A DNA stretch of 62,004 nucleotides, filler included, from Nemertoderma westbladi (taxonomy: Eukaryota > Animalia > Xenacoelomorpha), in NCBI GenBank assembly GCA_032718475.1. It is 3 parts of 3 records of this genome, joined end to end, with 100 filler letters (N's around TTAATTAATTAA, not from the genome) between each part and the next. Parts side by side here need not be neighbours in the genome. Positions count along the whole stretch, not along the records: positions 24,492 to 52,285 come from JAUCBJ010003272.1; 2 more parts are not named here. One strand, written 5' to 3'. The notes below the pieces were generated by a model. That model did not search any database and was not told where the DNA came from. It worked only from the letters and a program-made list of their open reading frames with translations. A program made the position numbers and the translations under genes. This document shows positions 36,491 through 50,564 of the stretch, piece after piece (the first letter of the stretch is position 1; each line of letters begins with the position of its first letter).

Positions 36491-37401
36491 GATGTGGTGA
36501 TGATGGGGTGATGATAACTCCACCTACTGACTCCAGAAGTCGAGGAAATCCTGCCAAGTACCTAACTGATCTAGACTTTGCTGATGACTTAGGAGTACTC
36601 TCAGAATCACTAGAGGGAGCCCAACGGCTCCTCAGCTCATTAGAACATGCTGCTTCTAGTGTTGGTCTTTTAATTAACTCCAGAAAGACCAAAATTTTGA
36701 CAGTTAACTTTGAAAGTTCTCAGCAAGTCTCTGATCGGATGAGCATAAGCTCAAAGGATGGTATGCTTGAGCATGTGGACGCCTTCTGTTACCTGGGATC
36801 ATGGATCCGGAAGTCAGGTGAGGACCTTCGAATACGTAAGGGAAAGGCATTGGCAGCCTTGAATAGGCTTTCCAGGATTTGGAAGTCACCGAGAATTAAT
36901 AAGAAACTTAAGGTCCGATTATTTAGAGCAGCAGCAGTTCCAGTACTCCTCTATGGAAGTCCATGCTGGGCTCTAACTGCTGAGGACACCAAATCTCTGG
37001 ATGGCACATTCACAAGAATGCTACGCCGGGTTCACTGTGACAAGTACAATGCATACATCTCCAACCAGACACTATATAACATTGGAGGTGTTTCATTGGT
37101 TCCCCCAAGCTTGACACTAGAACAAAATCGCCTCCGCTTTGCAGGACATTGCTTTCGCCATGAGGACCAGCCAGTGCATAATCTTGTACTTTGGCAGCCT
37201 CATGGAGTGAATAAGCATGGTGGACAGCCCATGACTTTCTTGAGACGCATCTTAAATGACACTGGCCTTGAAGATGCGGATGATCTAGCAAATGTCATGG
37301 GTGATAGGGAGTTGTGGCGGCGCAATTTTGTTGACAAGCCGGCACAGCATTCTTAAAAATGCATCTGCAATGCAGCATGCCGATACTAGTAGTAGTGGTA
37401 G
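36491..37401 (+). mobile_element. Second copy of the same RTE family, 5'-truncated, with an open RT C-terminal frame (36508-37356)
   Basis: DLDFADD, YLGS, RLRFAGHCFRH and DRELWR motifs; (TAG)n tail; 11-bp TSD TTCATTCTTTT at 36480-36490 and 37402-37412. Confidence 0.92.
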
Positions 37402-38564
37402 TTCATTCTTTTCTATCATCATTACTTTTATGTTCCTTATTTTGAGGTTCCGTACTTTTGGGTTCATCGCTGAGCTTCCATAATTTTCGCTTCATTACCT
37501 TTACGTTCAGATATTGAAAAGCAACAAAATAGAAAAATCGAAGTCTCCTGTCTATCTCTCCTATTTATTGAAATATTGAATAAAATATCTGAATGCGGCT
37601 TCAAGGAATACCGATTTTGACCGATACCTTTATTACACTAAAACTACTCGTCGAATATCTACAATCATGTAAAGTTCTTACGCGCCAGTAAATAAATACT
37701 ACTGATTAGTTCTAGTAGTTCTCATAGTAGAGATGGTGATTAATACTATCTCATATAGGTATAATTGTAATCAAATATGCCCCTATGAACGCCAAGGTTG
37801 GCGTCCAAGTGTCTGCGAAGAGATAAGGCCCGCGGCGGGAACACACTTGTGTGTTAGTTTAACGTTGGTCGCTGGAAATAGATCTGTTTAAACTGCTGTT
37901 AAACCAACAATGACGATTAAATGTGTGGGCTCAAGGATCCATTTTATATGCTTGTGTAGGTTTATACAATTCCTCTTGTGAGTTGGCTGTTGTAACAGAT
38001 TGGAGTCAGGCATCATCGTGAGACCTCTTGTAAGAATAACCTCAATCACAAGGACGTTGAGATTTAGTTCGCATTAGACAACACTTGAGTTATTCGCACC
38101 ATCTGCTCTCTCGGGCACGGAGGCCCAGCAGCTACCAGTCAGTAATAAAGAAAGACCTTCTGAGAGAACTCGAATCAAACCGGTTAATTAAATTATATCA
38201 ATTATTTCAATTTATCAACAAACTATAAGAGTCTTAACAAAAGAAGAACGGCCTCCATCGTAAATCTATGACAAAGAACTCTGAAGAATCAGTGACCCGC
38301 AGTTGTGGATTAAAGTGGTAAGGCATAGTCGTGTGGATGACCGTAAATGGCAGATCTTATTAGATATAACCCCTAAAATGTTAGCTACCGCTATATACGG
38401 CTACACGTTACACGTAAGAGTAACCTTCCATATTAGGTTTGTATATAGCACATTGATTGGTTTGAGATGTAGTTTATTGTTATCAAGACTTACGAAAGAT
38501 CCCACTTCTTTACAAGAGCTATCAACACGGCTGCCATCACATTCTTACGGCTAGGGAGCACGTA

Positions 38565-39890
38565 AGTTACAGTTACAGATTGTAGGTCAGTTATTCAACT
38601 GGCACGTCAGTTACAGTTACAGATTGTAGGTCAGTTATTCAACTGGCGCGTCAGTTACAGTTACATATTGTGGGTCAGTTATTCAACTGGCGCGTCAGTT
38701 ACAATTATAGATTGTAGGTCAGTTATTAAACTGGCACGTCAGTTACAGTTACAGATTGTAGGTCAGGTATTCAACTGGCACGAGTGGCACGTCAGTTACA
38801 GTTACGGATTGTAGGTCAGTTGTTCAACTGGCACGTCAGTTACAGTTACAGATTTTAGGTCAGTTATTCAACTGGCACGTCAGTTACAGTTACAGATTGT
38901 AGGTCAGTTATTCAACTGGCGCGTCAGTTACAATTATAGATTGTAGGTCAGTTATTAAACTGGCGCGTCAGTTGCAGTTATAGACTGTAGGTCAGTTATT
39001 AAACTGGCACGTCAGTTACAGTTACATATTGTAGGTCAGTTACAGTTACAGATTGTAAGTCAGTTATTCAACTGGCACGTCAGTTACAGTTACATATTGT
39101 AGGTCAGTTACAGTTACAGATTGTAAGTCAGTTATTCAACTGGCACGTCAGTTACAGTTATAGACTGTAGGTTAGGTCAGTTACTAAACAGGCACGTCAG
39201 TTACAGTTACATATTGTAGGTCAGTTATTCAACTGGCACGTCAGTTACAGTTATAGACTGTAGGTTAGGTCAGTTATTAAACAGGCACGTCAGTTACAGT
39301 TACATATTGTAGGTCAGTTATTCAACTGGCACGTCAGTTACAGTTACAGATTGTAGGTCAGTTACAGTTACAGATTGTAAGTCAGTTATTCAACTGGCGC
39401 GTCAGTTACAGTTATAGACTGTAGGTCAGTTATTAAACTGGCACGTCAGTTACAGTTACAGATTGTAGGTCAGTTATTCAACTGGTACGTCAGTCACAGT
39501 TACAGATTGTAGGTTAGTTATTCAACTGGCACGAGTGGCACGTCAGTTACAGTTACAGATTGTAGGTCAGTTATTAAACTGGCACGTCAGTTACAATTAC
39601 AGATTGTAGGTCAGTTATTCAACTGGCACGTCAGTTACAGTTACATATTGTAGGTCAGTTATTTAACTGGCGCGTCAGTTACAATTATAGATTGTAGGTC
39701 AGTTATTCAACTGGCACGTCAGTTACAGTTACATATTGTAGGTCAGTTATTTAACTGGCGAGTCAGTTACAGTTATAGACTGTAGGTCAGTTATTCAACT
39801 GGCACGTCAGTTACAGTTACATATTGTAGGTCAGTTATTCAACTGGCGCGTCAGTTACAGTTATAGACTGTAGGTCAGTTACAGTTATTC
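38565..39890. repeat. 44-bp minisatellite, about 30 copies with length variants
   Basis: Unit CAGTTACAGTTACAGATTGTAGGTCAGTTATTCAACTGGCACGT. Confidence 0.96.
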
Positions 39891-42800
39891 AAATGAAAGT
39901 ACGCATATTCGGCTTCCTAGATCATTAAGTCATGAAATTTACAACAATTCAACAAGTCAACAACTATTTCTACAATTAATTGCTTTATACAAAACTAAAA
40001 TTTTGTACAAATGTCTTGTGATAAATTTATCTCAAGTATCCTTGAAATTTGTAGTATTTTTATATCAGAAAAAGTCAGACAGGTGCGTTTTTTATTCACT
40101 TGAGAATTACTTTGAAATCAAATTAAATTCTAGACAGGTCAGATGGGGCTCAAATAATTCGTTGATAGTTCCAATGGGATCAATTATGTTGAAGCACGTG
40201 ATATAAAATTAAATTATCCTATTTAAAAGTGCCTTCTCTATTGCCATATATAATTACACTTTACAAAAATGTGAAATGGAGAAGAGTTTGTATTGCATAA
40301 CCAATCAATGTCAACTGTTTCTCAAACAGGTCACACACTGTGAAATAATTACGGCACCACAAGTAATTGAAAATAAATCCAATTGCCACGTAATTGACAT
40401 CGCAATAATTACTAGTTTATCTTGCGTTTCTCCACAGGGCTTCGTGTGACAGGTACTGCTTATAGAGAAACTGCTACCGGTACTCACAGCCTATCTCTCA
40501 TCGGACAACGAGTTTGGGAAATAACAAGTACTTTTTGGGCTAAGTGATAGATGCGGCGTCGGGTCCCTTCCTATTTACCCCATCGCATCAGTACATTGTC
40601 CCTCTGATGTTCTCTCTGTCCTGTGGGCGTCCGTTGAGGTCACGTGCCTATCTTTCGACTTTGGCGGTTCTTTCAGTATTAATTAAATCCCTCTTAATGC
40701 CGTTGTGGCGTTGCGGTTAAACCGATTATTATATCATTGGCTTTCAAGTAAATTAATACGGCGCTATTTTTTCGAGGAAATCCGTTTTGGATCTCCTCGA
40801 CTTTTACATCAGGTGTAATGAATGTAGGCGTCCATGTTCTTAATAAGTTTTTTTTGTAAATGACTAACACGTGACGTAAATTGAACTAAATTACTTTAAA
40901 TTTAAATGATTTTAGGGAAATATTACTTTATAAACACTTTCGAGGATCTATTTCTGGACACAAGACGTCACTTTGTCCCACATCAGGTATAACAAAAGCA
41001 AGTAAAGCAAATCAATTCCGTTTAAACTTAAGTAGCAAGTAACGGTTCACCAATACCAAAACTTTTCGTACTAAATTATATTAAAGTGAACTGCAGCCTA
41101 ATTAGAGAGTCGACTAGCTAGGTTTCATTTACACAAATTGTGTTCCTTTAATTTCCTCACATACCGTTATTTATATTGGCTTCGAACCTGAGTGCCTTAA
41201 CTGTGTTACCTTCCGCAAAGGTGATAATTACTTCACTAGGCCTAATAACATCAAATAACCAATCACGCAGTACACCTAGCAGAAAATGTAATTACTTTGG
41301 ATTCAATTTACCTGAAGCGCATGAGAACAGCGGGATTCATTTTATAATGAATGAGAGGAGGAGGAGGCCTTAGAATGATCACATATTAAAAATAATAGGA
41401 CCAGTAAGATGCCTGACTATGTTGTTCACTTATCGATTATTATTAACTAGAAACGCTGTGAGCAGGGTTAAACAAACCTGCCCAGCACTCTTATCAGTCG
41501 TCTCCATTGCAACCATCGTTGCGTTCGTCCTGTACAATCTGGTCACCAAATATATAGCTTAAAATCTACTAAAGGTACTGAATAAAATGACATATCGTTC
41601 AATGAGTTAAACACGGTAGTTTAGGAGAGTAATCAACACGTTACGCTCGGTCTTTACATCTGGTCACCAAATATATACCTTCAACATTCCACTATTGGAA
41701 CTGAAAACAAAATGATATATAGTTACTATGTATGCTAAATCAGGTGGTTTCTAGGAGTATAGTCAACGCAGTATACTAGTCTTCATTTTGCCTCATTGCG
41801 CTCGTTCTGACCCGTCATAAAATATATTTCCTAATGAAGACCTTTATGATAAACTATGCCAAGTCCCAAAACTGTGCGAGTAACTTCTGATGGCAGATTG
41901 ATACATACATACATACATACATAAATAGATTTAATATACGATACAAGGGGACATAAAATAACTGAACTTCGATCAATTTAAAAATTAAGAATTTACTTCC
42001 GTTACTGTAGTAGTAGTACACGCCGACTGATAGACAATGACCGTATGAAAAGTTTCAGTCTTACTTCCAGTAGGCCTGCTGGACCCAATAATATCCCAAT
42101 AATAAACAGTGAGCCGCGATAAACTTTATATAATAATAATACTAAAACTAAAAATATAAGGTCTTTCTCTCACTAAGTTTCATTACAAATAGTGAAAGAA
42201 AGTTATATTATCCATAATGCGGAAAATATAACATCCTTTCAATGTATTCTGCAAACTTTATTGTGAGAAGCACATTTTTTAGATACAAGAAGTTTTAAGA
42301 TAATGTTTAATTCCTTGACACTCGAAGGAAACGATGCTGCCGCTGCAGGCGTAATTCAAAAGAATGTCCAAAATTTGGAGTCCATGAAACTGAAAGAAAA
42401 TATTGGAAGAAATATCGTCTGTTCAAGTTGTGTTAACGATGTTCAAATATCAAATATTACTTGATAGTAGATGTCTCTAACAGATTTCTGCGACTTGCAT
42501 TGTCGTGTATGTATATACTTGGTATGTTAGTATAAACAAACATATTGAGTTAGGGGTTGGAGTTGGGGTGGGGAGGGGGGTTGGGTTGGGTGTGCATTAA
42601 ATTGTATGTGCTGAACTATCTAATTGACACGCAAACAGCGCTCGTTGATGCAGAAAGTCTCCGACTGAGCCACACCGCTGGCCTGTTCCTGATCCACAAA
42701 CCCACAATTCGGTTATTTTGCGAAACGGAAATAAGAAAATGCCCAAGTTTGTTGGGAGACTGAGCTGATTGAGGGACTATAAACCGACGGAGACTCCATT

Positions 42801-44955
42801 AGCCATCGGGTCGAGTAATTCACCCGCTATGGGGCAGTTGGGTAATTGTATGATCGCGTCACAATGTTATCTTAGATACAATATATAGTTTAATCTCTTC
42901 CCAGGTGGGGTTCTGAGTTGCGAACAATGCGTGCTATCCACTACGCAGTAGCAGCCTTGCATTCGATGTGGCACAGCGGAATATTCAAGTTTACGAGGAA
43001 AGGGAAGTGCCGAAAGCGGTTAAATTTAAAGTGGATTGGAGTAATCTTTTGTTTTAATTAGTGCCAGTTGGATTGTAACTATGAAACGAATGTAAATCTC
43101 TGAAAATAATGTTTATTCTTACCGAATGATGAATTGACCAATAATTTCTACTTTCCAGCACATCAACGCAAACTGACGGTGATGAAGGCCCCGAGTTAGC
43201 TGTATCGGAATCCAAGCCAACCAAGAGGAGGGTATCTATGAGATTTGATTAGATTTCGATTCGCATCAGTTTCTATAGATTAAACGAATGAGGTATGTAA
43301 TTCGGCTTGACGCGGCGGAACAAATTCAAATAAGGCCAATAATGTAAATTAACTTGGAGCCGAATGAATTACTTGATTAGTGTTGGGTGGACATCGCGAC
43401 GTGAATATGCAATGCACTATTTCCAGAATGAAATCAGCTTTTACTAGAGGTTTTATCATCCCTGCCTGTAGACTTATTATTATCATTAATTAGTTCAGAC
43501 TCATTTTCCTCATTTTTTTCACATTCAAGGTAAATATTATAGCGAAGTCATAGCGGCTTTACAAACAGATATAAAGTTGTTTGTTTGTTTTTGTTAGAAG
43601 AAAAAACCCTTGATGTAAGAGTGTAAGAACAGGCATTCCCATGGGCTGAATTAAACCCAAATCTTATCTCGCATTTATATGATGAATTTCATGTTATGTC
43701 CCGTTACTTTCCGTTCTATGCTCTGTCCTTTGCATTATATTTTGTGAGTTGAATTAATTTAATAAAGATTATATAATTTTCTCTAACATATGCAGGACGA
43801 TTCGCTTAATTGTTTTGTTTACTGCTTGAAGGGAGACTGTGAGATGAGTGGAAGTTTAGGCGATGGAGTTGACAAGAGGCGAGCGTGTGAGTGTGCTTGT
43901 CTCATCCTCGGTATATTGACAGTCGAGATAAGGAGCCAGCACTGTACCGGTAGGCCCACCTCACACACAGTGCAGGTTATCTGCCCCGGATACAGGATGT
44001 TAGCACAGGATTCCATAGTTTGGGACGTTCATTCGTGCCGATAAGAAGAACGGGTGCCATCCAACTGCCCACACGATATACGACGACGACAAAAGAGCAA
44101 TATTTCTGTTCCATATCTGACTACCTGACCTGACTCCAGTCCCCTATAACAATACAATTCCTACGACGACGGAGTACTCATGTCCTTAGATATTGATATT
44201 TGGTTATAAAACCTTGTGGTGGCGAGCCACATAGTCTAGGCGCCTTTAGCAATAAATTTAGTGCGTTTAGTACATGATATCTTCTGTAGTCTCTTTCTCT
44301 AGGCATTGACTGTCCGTCTGATGGCCTAAAATTTTATATCTCAGTTGAAATTGAAACATTATTATATATTTAAGAGATCGTCCATTTAATAAGTAAATTT
44401 AATATAACTATATATTTATGAGATAATATTAAGACACCAATACGAATCTAGTTGAAATATAAATAGAGGCAACAATTAATTAATCGTCTATTTACTACAC
44501 AGTACACGTTGGTATAGCAACAGCTAAATGCATGAAACTACCATCTACTAAAGTACAAAATATTGTCAGGGATACCTCGGCAACATGTAACATGGATTAC
44601 GGCGCGATATCATTTGGCAACCAACAACTTAGCACTATTGAGAAGGAACAAACATTTACTTATAGGAATATAAAAATATAGCAAAAACAAATGAGGTAGT
44701 CCTCAACGTAATATATATATTATCTCGACAAGAAATAACCTCATATTATATACCATAATAGAAACCGGCAATAATACAGTGTTTGGAGATGAGGCTTTAA
44801 TGACTTGTTTATAAATTAAAACCGCGTTTTTCGCAATCCGTAACATATGAATTAAATAAGCGGAAAACATTTTCAAAGAAATAATAATTGATAAGGAATA
44901 TATAACATAATATATATGCACAAATCTAGAGAGACTATTCTTGTTAATAAATTAT

Positions 44956-44961
44956 TTTATT
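44956..44961 (-). terminator. Candidate Pax6 polyadenylation signal
   Basis: AATAAA on the minus strand about 245 bp after the stop codon. The AT-rich context makes a chance match plausible. Confidence 0.3.
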
Positions 44962-45205
44962 TGTGAAAGCAACAAAGTTAGTTAAAAATATATGAAAGAA
45001 AATTCAACCATGCCAAGCTTGAAGCTATAAATTAACCCGAAACCGAAACCTTCCCGAAACCACACCCCCATATAAAAAATCATTAAAGTGTAAATATAAC
45101 AAAATAACAAAATGTTTCTTGTAGAAGACGCAGATATTATTTATACAGAATGATATTTGCATGAAAAGCGTCTCATATTATTTAAGGATTTAGTTTCAGT
45201 TTGAG

Positions 45206-45703
45206 TTATTGTATGCGACTGGCCCAGTATTGTGTGGCCATGCTATGATGAGTCATGTCCATGCCACCCCCGGGGACCTGGAGGGGGACAGACATCCCGG
45301 GGCTGAGGAGACCCGTAGAGGATCCGTTAGCGGACCCCGGATGCAGGTGGGATCCGTGGCTCTGGAACTGGGCGGGGGCGGCCGGGGGGCGGTACGACGA
45401 CAGAGGGTCGGGGGCGTAACGCGGCGCCGACGACCCCATGCAGCTGTACGCGTTGGCTGCGGAGTTCTGCGCCATACCCATGGAGTAGGCGGGGAGATGG
45501 GAGAAACCGGAGTAGTCGCCGTAACCCTGGAAACCGGAAGGCGCGGCGGTGGAGTACAGGTTGCCGGGGTTGAAAGCGGCGGTGTGCGACGGGGCGGCTA
45601 AACCCGCGGAGTTCATCGTCACACCCGAGTCGTTCTGGGAACGCCGTTGCGATCGTAGCTTCTCCTCGCGTCGCCATTTAGCGCGCCGGTTGCTGAACCA
45701 GAC
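45206..45703 (-). CDS. Pax6: Pax6 last coding exon (homeodomain helix 3 and PST C-terminus)
   Basis: AG acceptor, then VWFSNRRAKWRREEKLR...STGLLSPGMSVPLQVPG...QYWASRIQ*. Ser50 homeodomain and Pax6-specific C-terminal motifs. Confidence 0.96.
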   Translation of the reverse strand, partial: VWFSNRRAKWRREEKLRSQRRSQNDSGVTMNSAGLAAPSHTAAFNPGNLYSTAAPSGFQGYGDYSGFSHLPAYSMGMAQNSAANAYSCMGSSAPRYAPDPLSSYRPPAAPAQFQSHGSHLHPGSANGSSTGLLSPGMSVPLQVPGGGMDMTHHSMATQYWASRIQ

Positions 45704-47867
45704 CTAGCGAAACAAACAAACAAATTAATAAACTGCCGTGGCTAACAGTGACTGTTGCGGAACAATCTGGTATATACTGAAAGTAAAAAGCAACATCACA
45801 AAAACATAAACATTTATATACAAAATAGTCATAATAGGTAGCGATGATTGTAAGTAGTTATTTCGTCGGCATACAATTATTGTGTTGACGTTTTTATTTT
45901 GGACACGTTTTACTTTGCCTAACTCGTGGTTTTTGAATTCCAACACATTCCTATGGTACAAGTAATTACAGCGACTCAGAGATTCCAATTAATTTATCGT
46001 CCTCGGTAAATACCAGCCGATTACCCAGGGAAAAAGACCATGTCATGCAAGTCTGCAGAGACTAGCCTAGATGCTGGAGTCTGTAGGCAGCTTAATCCAT
46101 GTCGAAGTGGTCTAGAATACCCTTGTAACCAATCCAAATTATATGTCTACGGGGCACCTTCCTTGCTGTCTGCCACAAGGGGATCTAATAAACCAGCTCC
46201 CAAGAGTCCGCCCAAAAGGAGAGTCCATCTTCACACTCCACTACACCCTGTCTTTGTCAATTAGCCTTTAGAATACGGCGGTTTGCACCTGATCAACCAT
46301 CGCTAACATTGACTAATAAAGAGTGAAAAGTGAGACAGACTCAATAGGCGGATCGCCCAGACAAATTGTGTTTATATTCCACGCAGGTCTGGTCCTGGTC
46401 ACATCACAATCGAAACAATCCCATTGCACGTGAATGAACAAAAGGGACATAAAAGCCAAATATTCCGAGATCAATATATTGTTAAAATCGTACTATTTAA
46501 TATTACCTATACAAGAAGCCTGTATGTATAGGTAATGTTAAGTAGTATGTAGGTAATATTAATCTCGCCATGGCAATGTTCTAGAAGTTATTTATTTTAT
46601 ATTGGAAATCAGATCCATTATATCGTCTATATAGTTACAGAATGGCGGACTTATTTTTATGAAAACAAGATTTTTATTTATATGGAGGTGGTTGCTGGCA
46701 TGTGGAGATGTCAAAGGCACCTTGAAAAAATATTGACACCAGATTGTTTAAACCAACAACATCTTCCACAGGGTCTAGGTGGGGACTAAGGATAACACCT
46801 TGTACTCATTTAATGGCAATTGCTCGCACCACAGCGCAATTTATTTGAAACACATCATGGCCCGTAATTACTCCCAACCGATCCATATCGTAGCCAGACT
46901 CCCAGTCGGCGAACATCAAAGGGACACAGCACAATATCAACCCAGGAGTTCATAACGGTTGAAGGAGCTTTCATTATGAGTCTAAATACATTGGCAAGTC
47001 GGGCTTCTCAGAAGGTCTATCAACGATTCAGACAGAGGATGGCAGGGTGATTACATGCAAGAGTTATTTGAACATGTTGTACCTCAGCAGGGTTGCTGCT
47101 TGGAGAACTCCCTAGATTTACTGGCTAGCCAGAAACTGATAACAGAATTAGCGATAATAGGACCTCTTGCCACTTTCCCTGGGATTAGTATGTAGTCAGA
47201 CCAGTCATAGTTACCGGAGCGCCCCGCTGGAGACTAATAATTCCCGACTAAATCCGCAGCGAACTATGGACGCTATGGGTCTCAAAGACGATATGGATTA
47301 TGTTGCTATCATTCGATAAAGTCGTTGATTTATTACATTCATCAAGGAATGCAGCGGTGAATTACGAATTACCGTGAAATATTTTCTCTCCAAAAATAAA
47401 TTTTTAATGCTAGTTAAAGCACTGCTTCGGAGATACGGAGAAGACCTTTCTTTATATGTTATTGGCCTACCGCCTGCTGATAAATGTATATGTTCTGTGA
47501 TGAAGCTCAAATATAAATAATGTAGTATAAGATAGCATAATACATCATCCCCTCCGGGCGGCCTGAGGGAGAGGGGGGGGGGGGGGGGGGGGGGAGATTG
47601 TAAAGCCGACAGCTAGAAATGTAACACAATTTCGGACCTTATTACATTTGGTATACGGTTACGGTTAGGGTTAGTTAGTCAGGCCTCACTCCCATGAAAA
47701 CTCTTATGTACCCCTAACCCTAAGTCATAATCTAAGAAATTACGTTCCATTCCTTAGTTAGAGACTTCGGTATATATAAGAGTTTCTCAATGTTTCAGCT
47801 AACTCATTCATTAGGGTGAATGGAGGTCGCCAGTTCTTAATGAATCCACAACATTATTGAAACTTAC

Positions 47868-48076
47868 CTGTATTCTGGCCTCCGGTAATCCAATCTTCTC
47901 CGCTAACTTCTCCCTCGCGAACACGTCCGGATAGTGAGTTCGTTCAAACTCTTTCTCCAAGGCATCAATCTGCTCCGGTGTGAAACTCGTTCGATTTCGT
48001 TGTAACTTCCGTTTCAATCTCATCCTCGCTTCCTCGCTATCCCCACCCTCTTCCCCAGACGAACTAGCGCCATTAT
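47868..48076 (-). CDS. Pax6: Pax6 homeodomain exon
   Basis: AG/GTAAGT boundaries; [50 protein letters not shown]. The phase-1 start matches the upstream exon. Confidence 0.96.
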
Positions 48077-49912
48077 CTACAAGACGAAACACCAAACCGT
48101 AAGAGAAGTGAATCAATTAATTTTATTATTTATACCATAATAATATTACTGTTAAATGATCTCATTTCATATTTTACCGCTAGTCTAATTAAATTATTGA
48201 CTTCATTAATTGTATTTACTATTTGCTACGATTTTCTTTCATGGGCGCATAACGTAGCTCTAGATAACTGCTTGTATACAGCTACAAATACCTGTGTCTC
48301 AGGATGGCAGATGTGTATAGTGCATGGAAAGCATGCAATGCAAGGTGTAGGCCTACAGCTTCTCAACTGCGACCGGTGATTAAACAAAAGTGATGACTTA
48401 ATTCAGGTCTTTCGATCAGCTTATTGACCTTGCTCGCTACGTTCACTCGGTAACACGGTAAGTATGGCATTTCGGTAAAGTGGGCGGTAAATAAAGCTTA
48501 TTATTTAATTAATAAACACGACTTATTTCGTTAGTATCAAACAAACTTAACACTTAATTTATTTTTTTCTTTCTAAATCATTGAGTTGTCATTTAATTAT
48601 GCGATAAGCATTGTCGTGCTCACTTGCTCGACTTATTGTGGTTACGTGACTTGTTAAGAAGCTTTCGTTCCAAATATCTAATTAAGTATTCAAACAGTGA
48701 CGGCAAAAACCTCAGCACACTCATCATTACAACGAGGTTGCATTGCAAGCCCCTACAGTAGGTTCACAGTCGCTGCGGTGTGTTCCGCAATTGGGCCAAT
48801 TTTATCTTAAAATCTTGCCCATTATTTGAATGTAATACTTTTGATCTCTTTGGGTGTCCCGTATCGCCCTTCTTATAGTTATACTACGCTGAATCGTATT
48901 ACTCTAGGCTATGGAGTGATGCTGCCCAATTTCCTGTGCAAAATCCCTTCCTCTTTGGGGCAAATATAGCTCCGCACTAAAAACAAGCAAGTAATTTTTT
49001 TCGGGAGTCGGTTGTTTCTTGTTAACATCGGAAGGATGCAAATGTTGAAATGTGAGATAATCTTGGGATGGAACTCGAGCGCAATGAGATGGTAACTGTA
49101 GATTATTGAAATAATGGCGGAGATATGTAGTGGAAGACGTTCGAAGCATTGTATACAATTATTGACACACAATTATTATTATTATCTGTAATTTAGTTAA
49201 ACACCATTATGGATGATCTACTTTTAGGATCATTAATAATTTGTGATATGAGACACAATATTAATTATTAGTATTAAATCTTATATACAATAAGACATAT
49301 TTTGGAATAAATTGCCGCTAACTGAACCATAATCTTCTCCGAGGACGCAAATATCGAACCAAGATAATAATTACGGTGAATCTTATCTGTCCAAAACGAG
49401 ATATTTAACGTCGACCAGCCATTCATCGATCCCCCCGTAACGACAGATGCGCTTCCCGTTTAAACCATCCCGGATCATATTAAAATATTTCCGATATTGT
49501 AACAATGTGTGAGCGGTGATATATAAGTAATCAGCTAGTTGATTAAGTAGCTGCTGAGCAGATGGGATCACTTTGACGAACAATGAGATCCAACTGGGAC
49601 TCAGTCAATAGCCATCGATTAGGTTGCCCATATAAACCGAACGTTATCGATTTTTACGATAAATCTTTTAGATTGTTGATTCAGCCTCCAGACGTTTAAG
49701 ATTAACAAACAAAATCTCGGCATACCAGCTATTTGTAAACCTTAAATACTTCAACATCATGGGTGACGGTATTACCATATTTAATATGTGTGTTTCTATT
49801 TTGTATGACTTGTATTAGATGTTAAATATTGTCTATGCTCATTCTATACAAGTATAAACAAACAAAAAACACATTTTTACTAAAATAAACCAACAGTTCT
49901 ATATAAACTAAC

Positions 49913-50150
49913 CATTTTCCTCCTTTAACAGATCGGGTCGAGGCATTTGAACCAAGGAGGGATGCTGCAACATGCTCGGGTAGTGAGGGGCTGCCGGGGC
50001 CATACAGCTACCCGGGCCCGGGTACCACGCACCGGGATGGGTCCACGCTTGACTGTTAAACAACCGGAGTTTGTCGTACATCGGATCGTTAGCGAACGGC
50101 ACCGATTTATCGGTTGTTAAGTTGCGCAGAACTCTATTGATGGAGGAAAC
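49913..50150 (-). CDS. Pax6: Pax6 exon (end of paired domain and linker)
   Basis: AG/GTTAGT boundaries; [11 protein letters not shown]...[14 protein letters not shown], the conserved Pax6 linker motif. 238 bp, ends in phase 1. Confidence 0.94.
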
Positions 50151-50383
50151 CTACGGAAAAAAATAAAAAAATAAAATAATATGCAATAAATTCCAGCCAA
50201 ATATACAAATAATAAGAGTTATTTAGATTTTCAATTTTTATATTTTTAAAGTTTTTTAAATTATATAAAATTCATGAATATACCAATTGGTTTTACCAAT
50301 AAGATTAATAAGAATAATCGAAATCCACCACAATTATAAATCCTTTTATTTTTGGATGCTCTATTGTCGCAATGTCAACCTAC

Positions 50384-50564
50384 CGATGGAACATTCTCCT
50401 GGTTACAGATGTTATCGGATAGAAGTCGATCACGTATCTCCCACGCGAAAATCGACGGACATTCCCGTTTAAACTGAGCCACCCGTTTCACAACATCGTT
50501 GGTTGCGACGCGAGGTTTACTCCCCCCAATCGCCTTCGGTTTTATAGAGCCCGTCTCGTAATAT
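50384..50564 (-). CDS. Pax6: Pax6 paired-domain exon (RED subdomain)
   Basis: CAG/GTAGGT boundaries; [60 protein letters not shown]. 181 bp; not in the ORF track. Confidence 0.96.

Noticed and set aside
45209-45677. Alternative-frame ORFs over the last Pax6 exon
   Set aside because: Expected from high GC content reducing stop codon frequency.
47655-47725. Telomere-like TTAGGG/CCCTAA motifs
   Set aside because: Only one or two imperfect units; not an interstitial telomeric array.
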